Positions 55,103-64,000 of a stretch of DNA of 64,000 nt are shown one piece after another. The stretch's first letter is position 1. Every line of letters begins with the position of its first letter. The translations under genes and the position numbers were made by a program. Below the pieces are notes generated by a model. It saw only the letters and a program-made list of their open reading frames with translations. It was not told where the DNA came from and did no database searches. The stretch is from Eledone cirrhosa (lineage: Eukaryota), in the NCBI GenBank assembly GCA_964016885.1, contig OZ024740.1:344286001-344350000 (forward strand). Reading direction: 5' to 3'.

Positions 55103-55141
55103 TGAACCTGAAGATTGCGAAAGCATGAAAATATTTGTTCA
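55103..55141 (+). ncRNA. Minimal 39-nt type I hammerhead
   Basis: TGAAC-CTGAAGA-t-TGC-GAAA-GCA-t-GAAA-ATAT-TT^GTTCA; 5-bp helix I, GNRA-capped helix II, palindromic AATATT helix III. Confidence 0.8.
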
Positions 55142-55230
55142 ATTAACATTTAACATTTAATATTCTACCATGCTATTTCATTATAATATCAAATAATTTT
55201 AAAGGATTGTAAAATATATACATTCATGTG

Positions 55231-55321
<91 letters not shown>

Positions 55322-56145
55322 GCGCGTGCATAAAATACAAATCCTTCGTCCGATTGTAGAGGTGTTGTAAAATTGTCATAAAATTTAATTAAATTCACCC
55401 AGTGTAGTAAGGTTACCACAACAAGATATCGATCTCAGATAGATTACTTGCAAGTTTAGTTGGACATATATTTTCTAATTCTTTAAAATATTACATTCAA
55501 TTTCGAGTCTGAATGTTTTTCAAAATAAATCTGAATTTCAATGTGTATGCGTATACCTGCTTGTGTGTGAAAGTAACCAAATATTTGTATAGATATATAA
55601 TGTATATATGTATGATAGATGCATATGTGTGTGTGTTTGTATGAATATACATACATATATAAATATATATAAATATATATATAATATATATATATGTATA
55701 TATATGTGTGTATATTTATATATATATATATGTATGTGTATATATATACATATATATATATATATTGGGTTTTAATCTGCGAACAAACATGGGCATAAAT
55801 CAGTACTCCAATTCACAGGAGACGGTATGGAATTAATGTTTCCTTTAGATTGAAAATTGATTTTGTAACCAATTGAGGCGTGTTACCCATAAATTTAAAT
55901 ACTACATTTGCTTCTTATATTAACGATACAATGTTTATAACTATCAATCATAATAATATAGGATGTTTTAGCCTATTAGTGCATTCACAGTAAAATATCC
56001 ATTAAAATATGCATTCTTTTATCCTTGATTGATGTTACAAGTTTTATGCTGTGATGATATTTCTCTCTATATGTTCATGTTTTGCGCCGATCGAAATTGA
56101 TAGTATCATATATATATATATATATATATAAATATATGTTTATAT

Positions 56146-56207
<62 letters not shown>

Positions 56208-56370
56208 TATGAAATAACGTTTCATTTTTTCCGTTTATAAATATATATATATATATGCATACTTATATATATGCGTATATATATATGTAAGTTATATATA
56301 TATATATATATATATACATATATATACATATATATATTTGTGGGTGTCTGTGCGTGTATGTGTGTGTGTG

Positions 56371-56404
<34 letters not shown>

Positions 56405-57509
56405 ATTATAAATATTGATAGATATTGTTTATTTGAGAAATAAATAACATTAACCTTTAAAATTGTGCAACATTGTTTGTAGATTTCTGGTTATTTAATG
56501 CTATATTACTTTATAGCATTATGGTTGTATTCCTTTTATTTATCTATATATTTAGTTATTTATTTACTTTCGTCAATGGTCTTCTGCCGATAAAAATAAC
56601 TATTATATTAGTTTCCAGCGTTATATTTGGATAACCCAGCACTTTGGGTCGCGTATAAGTAAGTATCTTGCTGGAGACATTTAATCCATCTATAGACATA
56701 CTGTTTTCTAATGTTTGGGAGAGGAAAAGAGAAAAAAGATCAACATCGTAGACTGCAAAGCAGTTTTGATTACTGGCAATTAACGATATAGCAGGTGAGT
56801 AAGATTGATATCTTTTAGTTTGGAAAGGATTTGGTAATGATCTGGAAATTATGTGCAAATGCCTTCTCAAAAAAAGGAAGAATTATGCAGTGGTGCTATT
56901 AGTTTAGATATGGCCTAGGCCAATACTGGCATAAATATATAATTATTCACAAAGTTATATGAATGTGTTATCATGTGAAACATGAGGTGCAGTGTCTGAT
57001 GTAATGCGGCCACGCCTTAATAGTATCTATTTGTTATCATATCTGTAAACGTTTCACAATATATTACATTTTAGATGTACTATCCATGTTTTCCAATGTT
57101 GACCTGCTAGAAATACTAGAAATAGCAGCCAAATCCCCTTACGCCTAAATAACATGATATAGTCTTTAAAAAAAAATATGTCGAAAGCAGGGAACATTTA
57201 TACGTTTATAAGCGAATATGTGTATTTGATAAATAAGGTAAAGAGGTTTACACGTTGTATTTACAAGATGTCATAGAATGTGAATGCCGGTGTATGTGTT
57301 TTGAAATGAATGAAGCGAAATATGTGAGATGTATGTTGTAATATATTTACTTTTCTCGATAACATCATCACCTTGCAAACACCTGGTTCATCCTTCCGTA
57401 TCACGGACCAATTTACATGCACTTCTAACAATGTCATTTACTACATTAAATACCAGATATGTTGCTGATTGAATGCAGAAAAAAAGTCGCTGGTTAACTC
57501 ATCTCTCCC

Positions 57510-57772
57510 TCTCCCACGCTCCTCTCCCTCACTCCTTTTCGTTGCATTTGTGTGTATATTTGTAAGTGTTAATGTATTCTCTAACTAAGTATATAACTAT
57601 ATATTTGTATATACAGGGAGAGGGAGCGAGAGAGGGGGAAAAATAATGTATAAGAGAAAGAGAGACACAGAGGGAATGTGTAAGAGAAAGAGAGAGGGGC
57701 GGTCACAAATATGTGAAGAACGATTAGAGAAAAAGGATCCATAAAGTGGTGAGAGATTAACAAAGCCACATA
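57510..57772 (+). repeat. Local duplication, copy without the SINE
   Basis: Matches 53507-53646 joined directly to 53847-53972. Confidence 0.9.
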
Positions 57773-57890
57773 GAGAGAAAGAGAGAAAGAAAGAAAGAGA
57801 GAGGGGGAAAGAGAAATACACAAACACACACAAATATGCATACATGCATGAATACATAGATATAAACATACATACATACACACACACACA

Positions 57891-57931
<41 letters not shown>

Positions 57932-58048
57932 ATATATACATGTAGGTATATATGTATATATATATATATGTATGTATATATAGATCTATATATATATATA
58001 TATATATATATACATACATACATACATATATATATATCTATATATATC

Positions 58049-58124
<76 letters not shown>

Positions 58125-58131
58125 TATATAT

Positions 58132-58161
<30 letters not shown>

Positions 58162-58169
<8 letters not shown>

Positions 58170-58299
58170 TAAAATAACAGATTAAAGTTTAAGCAAAGAA
58201 TTGCTGCTTTCACCCTTAACGCCAAGTTTCAGAAGATCCCGTTAAGTGTGAAAGCACCGATTCTTTGTTTAAACTTTAATCTGTTATTTTAATAAATAT
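58162..58299. repeat. Inverted repeat, about 60-bp arms with 18-nt loop, next to (TA)n
   Basis: atttattaaaataacagattaaagtttaa..cttaacg / cgttaag..ttaaactttaatctgttattttaataaat. Confidence 0.9.
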
Positions 58300-58381
58300 T
58301 TGCTCTACGGTTCTTATATATTTGATATATATTTATCCTATCGAGCCCTCTTTGGATTTTAGTCTTCAAATTTACTATTAT

Positions 58382-58495
<114 letters not shown>

Positions 58496-59061
58496 TGACA
58501 GACAGACAGATAGACTGGCAGACGAGTAGACAACGAGACTACTAAAATCTGTACGTTTGAGATTCGCTTCACGTGAGATGAAATTGAGAGAAATAAGTGT
58601 GAAGTGAGTGGTGAGCTTCATACCATTAGAGGAGGCATTTATATCAAAGCATTTACTTTTACTTCTATGCCTTATGGCAAGAAATGGCTGTGAAAAGGTC
58701 TTTGATAGTACCACCTATTGCTAAAATCAACCCCAAGGGGTAAACAGTGTCTCGCACGCCATGTAAGAAGGGATTTTAAATGAGTGAGATGGCGCTTCCG
58801 GTTGTTCTCTCTTAACGTGTCTCCATCGTAACTATTGTTTTCATCTGCATTGATGGCTGAACATGCATTCTTATTTGACATCCATAGCAAATGAGCTGAG
58901 CTAATGATATTTGCTCGCATCACATATCAAACAAACAAGCAAATTTACGTTACGCACATGCACAAACACATATATGCATAATAGATACACTTTCTTATCT
59001 TATGAATATACACATGTATACGCACAAACACACACACATACACATACATTCATCGTTATTT

Positions 59062-59118
<57 letters not shown>

Positions 59119-59201
59119 TACATATTTATAAATATACATTATATATATACATATATACATGTATGTATATATATACATATAGACATGTATATATATATGT
59201 G

Positions 59202-59241
<40 letters not shown>

Positions 59242-59648
59242 TCCATACATACTTACATATATACAAACATACATACATACAAGCATACATACATACACCG
59301 TAACAAACATAAATACATAAAACCATACATACATACACCGTAACACACACACACACACATATGAATGTTCTCAAATATATACGGATGTGAATATGTATGC
59401 ATGCCCACATGTAGACAGATGCGCTAAATAATACCCACCGTCGCATGTACGTACATGTATATAGCAAGATATACACATACAAGGACCTACACTTATATAA
59501 CTATGAATATAAAGACATTGAGTAATGTCAGTATGTGTGTTGTTGGTACAGATGTGTTGAATAAACATTTTTATGTAAATTGAGATTGTAGATGCAAACA
59601 CACGCGCAAACAAACATATTAGAATAAAACATATATAGGCGCAGGTAT

Positions 59649-59709
<61 letters not shown>

Positions 59710-59913
59710 TCAGAGCAAACATCACCGACACTCTATCTCAAAATTATATTTGAAAAGCAATAGAAATGCGCAACCGGTAAAACTTAAAACCAAAACTTAA
59801 TACTAACCAATACTATTACTAATTATTACTTATCCCTAATTAAACTATTTTTCACTGTGAACAATTTGTCAGTATTTTCTATTCCGTTTACCAATATATA
59901 TATATATAAAAAA

Positions 59914-59972
59914 TAGTCCAGAATTCGCCGTCGAAACGGCTTGAGCTCAGCCGTCGGGGTCGTACTCGCTCC

Positions 59973-60063
<91 letters not shown>

Positions 60064-60217
60064 CTGGACTATTTTTTAGTCCAGAATTAGCCGTCGAAAC
60101 GGCTTGAGCTCAGCCGTCGGGGTCCTACTCGTTCCTATTACCCACTCTACTACCTTAAGTATTGAGTACTTTGGTGCTTTATGGTCCACCTGGTTCCTTA
60201 CCACATCGTCTTCGTTA
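59914..60217 (+). mobile_element. Two copies of the hammerhead 3'-half repeat (59914-59975, 60060-60217) separated by (TA)n
   Basis: Same sequence as 2372-2510; the second copy has an upstream hairpin aattctggacta-ttttt-tagtccagaatt. Confidence 0.75.
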
Positions 60218-60491
60218 TATGTATATATATATATATACATATAGAGATACACACACACGCGCACACACACACACATACGTTGGCAGAAACCCATAGATGA
60301 CAGATTAAGGTAAAGATTGCTCGATCAGTTGAAAGAGAGCCTTTAGAGCTCAGATCTTAAAATTTGTGAAAAGTTTTGAGTGAATATGCATGTTTTCGAA
60401 CATACATATATATATGTCTATATATCTGTATATACATATATATGTATGTATGTATGTACGTATGTATGTATGTATATATGTAACATGCTAA

Positions 60492-61060
60492 TATGTATCC
60501 CAGTACAACCTGTCTCATGGTCGGGTCGTTGGCGACTAAACTGGCAACCCCACCAAGGATTCTTGGTGAGGAGGGTGACTTTGGACATCCTGCAGGACTA
60601 AAAACAAAACCTGTCAAAGGGAAAAGGAGCTCTTAAGAGTCAATGGCCATCCAAAATCACCGGGAGAGATAACCCCTTAGCCTTTGTCAAGGCAGAATTC
60701 TAGGAGAATGCAAACTCTGATATAACACCTGCAACCCTGATGGTATCCAATGATGTTGACTTGTTCTTCTTTTTGGTAAATATCATCTTGGTTAAGAGAG
60801 TGGGACTGGTTTTGTGCAGTGCCTTTGCTCACAATAGAAGCTTCACGGCACATATTTGGTGATCTCTCTGCACTTGTCGTTACATGGTTCCATGGGCCCA
60901 GCATTATGTGTCAATAATTGTCACAAGTGTAGTGTTTGTACCAGAGTTTTCAAGTCGCTGGCTGGATTAAAAAGTCACACTTGTTCTGCGCATCGATAGG
61001 GATTCTCCTACATGGTTATAAAGTAGTGGCCGTACTCGAAAACGAGTTGGAAACCACCAT
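60492..61060 (+). mobile_element. Non-autonomous bipartite RTE derivative, apparently complete
   Basis: Matches 5281-5672 joined to 8446-8623; (TATG)n flanks. Confidence 0.9.
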
Positions 61061-61088
61061 GTATATATGTATGTATGTATGTATGTAT

Positions 61089-61707
61089 GACGGGTCACTA
61101 TTGCGTGCTACTGGTAACATGTAACCTAGTACAACCTGTCGCATGGTCGGATCATTGGAGACTGCATCGGCAACCCCAGCAAGTTTAATTGGAGAGGAGG
61201 GTGGTTTTGGACACCCTGCAGGACAAAAAACAAAACCTGACAAAGGGCGGAAGAATTCATGAGTCAACGGCCATCCCCCAAAATGTGTATATATGTATGT
61301 AGATGTCTATATATGTATGTATGTAACAATGTACATGGTTGTATGCATATGTGTACATATGCGCGGGGACATAGAAATAATCGAGCTGGATACCCGATCT
61401 CGCAGTTAAACCACTGGGAGTGAAGGACCCCTAGCCTTTGTCAGGGCATTCTTCTAGGAGAAGGCAACTCAGGAAACTGGGATAACTCCGACATAAATCC
61501 TGCGGATCAGTAGTTACCGATGATGTTGATCTTTTCTTCTTTTCGGGATATAGCTACTGTCGCCCAGGGAGTGGTTGGCTCAGTGCACAGTCTTTCCTCA
61601 CTTTAAAAAAATGTTCACGACCGGCTTTGCATGATGGCATTAATTGATAATTATGAATAATGTTATAACGTGCAATGGCCATACTCGATAACGAGAGAAC
61701 AGACATC
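61089..61707 (+). mobile_element. Second bipartite RTE-derived element from a related lineage
   Basis: Diverged homolog of the same 5'UTR (cctgcagga, ctaggagaagg) with 3' end tggccatactcgataacgag..catgtatgtat; microsatellite-like insert at about 61285-61360. Confidence 0.75.
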
Positions 61708-61907
61708 ATGTATGTATCTACATATGTATGTATGTGAGCATGTATGTATCTACATATGTATGTGAGCATGTATGTATGTGTATGTGCAGCATTGTGTCTG
61801 TGTATATATGTATGAATGTATGCATATATATATACCCGTACAGTTGTGTGAAAATGTATACATGCGTGTATGCGCGCAAATGCATGTCTATTATATATTT
61901 AAATCTT

Positions 61908-62523
61908 AAGGGCAGTGGATTGGAAATATCGGTAGAGGGTCGGACGCGTGCCTTGCAGCATAGAGTTACGGCCCTTTATGATGCGATTTCATATCCCGCC
62001 GGGGTTAACGTTGCCTTTCAGCCTTACGTGGTCGATAAAATAAAGTACCAGTCACGCACCGGGGTCGATTTAATAGACTTTCCCCTCCCCCAAAATTGCT
62101 GGCCTTATAAGAAACCATTATATATTTAAATATACAGGGTCGATAAAATAAAGTACCAGTAATGCACTGGGTAATTGCTGGCCTTGTGCCTAAAGTAGAA
62201 ACAATTATATATTTAAATATTAACTTTGCCTTTCATCCTTACGGGGTCGATAAAATAAAGTACCAGTAATGTACTGGGTAATTGCTGGCCTTGTGCCTAA
62301 AGTAGAAACAATTATATATTTAAATATTTAAGGGCGGTGGATTGGCAGTATCGGTAGAGGGTCGGACGCCAAGCTTTGATGCATGGAGTTACGGCCCTTG
62401 CCATTCTGAGTTCAAATCCCACCGAGGTTAACTTTACCTTTCATTTTTACGGGGTCGATAAAATAAAGTACCAGTAATGTACTGGTGAATTTGCTGGCCT
62501 TGTTCCAAAAGTAGAAACAATTA
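61908..62523 (+). mobile_element. Stack of four SINE A copies (long form, two 5'-truncated, one full short form)
   Basis: Each copy is followed by attatatatttaaat, which also precedes the first. Confidence 0.9.
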
Positions 62524-62551
62524 TATATTTAAATCTTAATTATTCATCATC

Positions 62552-62582
<31 letters not shown>

Positions 62583-62611
62583 CAAATTATAAAATAATAG
62601 AAAAATATACC

Positions 62612-62680
<69 letters not shown>

Positions 62681-62682
<2 letters not shown>

Positions 62683-63908
62683 TTTAAAAACAACATTCTG
62701 CCGGAATCTCAGTGTGGTTTCCATCAGTGTGGTTTCCATACAGATATGAACTTCATGGCGCGGCAGTTGCCTGAGAGGTGTAAGGAGCAACAGCTTCATT
62801 TTGACAATTAAGTTATTGATCTCACGAAGGGATAAGTCACAATCAATAAGCAGACCATTTGGAGCATTCTTTTGAAGCTTGGTTGCCTTGAGAAATTTAC
62901 TGCGTTTATACGTTCATTGCATGATGACATGAGATCATGGGTCTGCTTCAATGGTGAGCTACTAGAACCTTTCTCAGTTGAGAAAGGCGTAATACAATGT
63001 GGCCTGCTTGCCCCGACATTGTTTGCCATCATTTTTGCTTTTGTTTTGCTAAATGCATTCAACAACACCGATGCTTGTATATATACACGTGTTCGAACAA
63101 CAGGAAGTGTTTTAATCCGACGAATACTCGCTTCATTAAAACATATATCGCACTGATATGTGATCTTCTTTATGCTGACGACTGTGATCTTGTTAGCCAC
63201 AGAGGAGAAGACCTTCAACTTCTGATGGATTGCTTCTCTGCAGAATGTGAGGAATTTGGGCTGACTATCAGCCTGAAAAAGAAAGTGGCGTTATATCAGT
63301 ATGCACACGGAAAGTCATATATATCTGCCAAAGGGAAAATATTGAGTGTTGTGGATACGTTTGTCTACCTCTGTACCACTATCTCCTGCAGCAAGACCCT
63401 TGATGATGAGATAAGATAAAGGATGTCGAAATATTCTGATGCTTTTGGTATGCTGGAGAAGCATCTGTGATCACAGTCAGACATCACTGTGCGCACGAAA
63501 GTCGAAGTGTATTTTAGTCTGCTCCCAAAACCAGATTTGAAAAAAGCTCTTACATACGGGCAATGAGGAGGTGTATGCATGTCAAAGGCTGAGTTACTAA
63601 GCCATAGCAGACGTCGTACTCACGGAAATAACCCCCTTTGAGTACCACATATACTTTCATGTTGCATATGGCATCTGCAACAAAATGAGTCACACAGCAA
63701 GTGGGCTAACACGACACCAAAAAGCGTGCCATGCCAACCAGACTAAAGCAGGTGAGAAATTTAACTGAACACTGTTTGGTATGGCTTGAGGAGCCATCTA
63801 ATGCGGTACAAGCGACAGCCACATCAATAAAATGTTTTGGGAGTTACCTATTTGTCCCTTTTTTTGTTCCAAGTAGTTTCCGTGCTGGGAGATGAGTAGG
63901 CTTCTACT
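62681..63908 (+). mobile_element. RTE-clade LINE fragment (RT + deleted C-terminus + 3' end)
   Basis: LPESQCGF, IDLTK, LHDDM, LAPTLF, LLYADDC, FGLTISLKK, zinc-finger remnants, (TATG)n tail at 63909-63975. Confidence 0.9.
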
Positions 63909-63974
63909 ATGTATGTATGTATGTGTGTATGTATGTATGTATGTATGTATGTATGTATGTATGTATGTATGTAT

Positions 63975-64000
63975 GTTTTGACCGGCCACCTTCCTGGTGG
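63975..64000 (-). mobile_element. 3' end of an R4/Dong-type element running off the window
   Basis: ttttgaccggccaccttcctggtg is the exact reverse complement of 13232-13255; abuts (TATG)n. Confidence 0.6.

Noticed and set aside
61895-62540. CRISPR-like repeat-spacer pattern
   Set aside because: The spacers are SINE copies of unequal length and the repeats are target-site duplications; eukaryotic context with no cas genes.

Overview
AT-rich eukaryotic non-coding DNA, dense in microsatellites. The tRNA-derived SINE, RTE, Penelope and R4/Dong content suggests a cephalopod, probably Octopus (inference). I find no intact host protein-coding gene; nearly all ORFs in the track are microsatellite read-through. 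Recognisable coding remnants are decayed retrotransposons: a long RTE LINE at 5.3-8.6 kb, an RTE fragment at 62.7-63.9 kb, a minus-strand Penelope RT + GIY-YIG element at 40.4-42.4 kb, and three R4/Dong-type C-terminal fragments at 11.7-15.9 kb. There are also about 20 SINE copies, a non-autonomous Helitron and small DNA-transposon pieces. The main unexpected signal is a dense set of hammerhead ribozymes (HHRs): nine with a complete CUGANGA/GAAA/UH core and roughly a dozen partial or degenerate ones. They belong to several sequence-unrelated non-coding units, mostly inside (TA)n arrays, arranged as fold-back palindromes or head-to-tail repeats (Penelope pLTR / retrozyme-like). A 360-nt unit at 54.1-54.6 kb carries the three hammerhead core strands in reversed cyclic order within a four-helix double pseudoknot, which matches none of HHR types I-III. 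All pairings and coordinates were read by eye and may be off by a few bases; no ribozyme activity is demonstrated.
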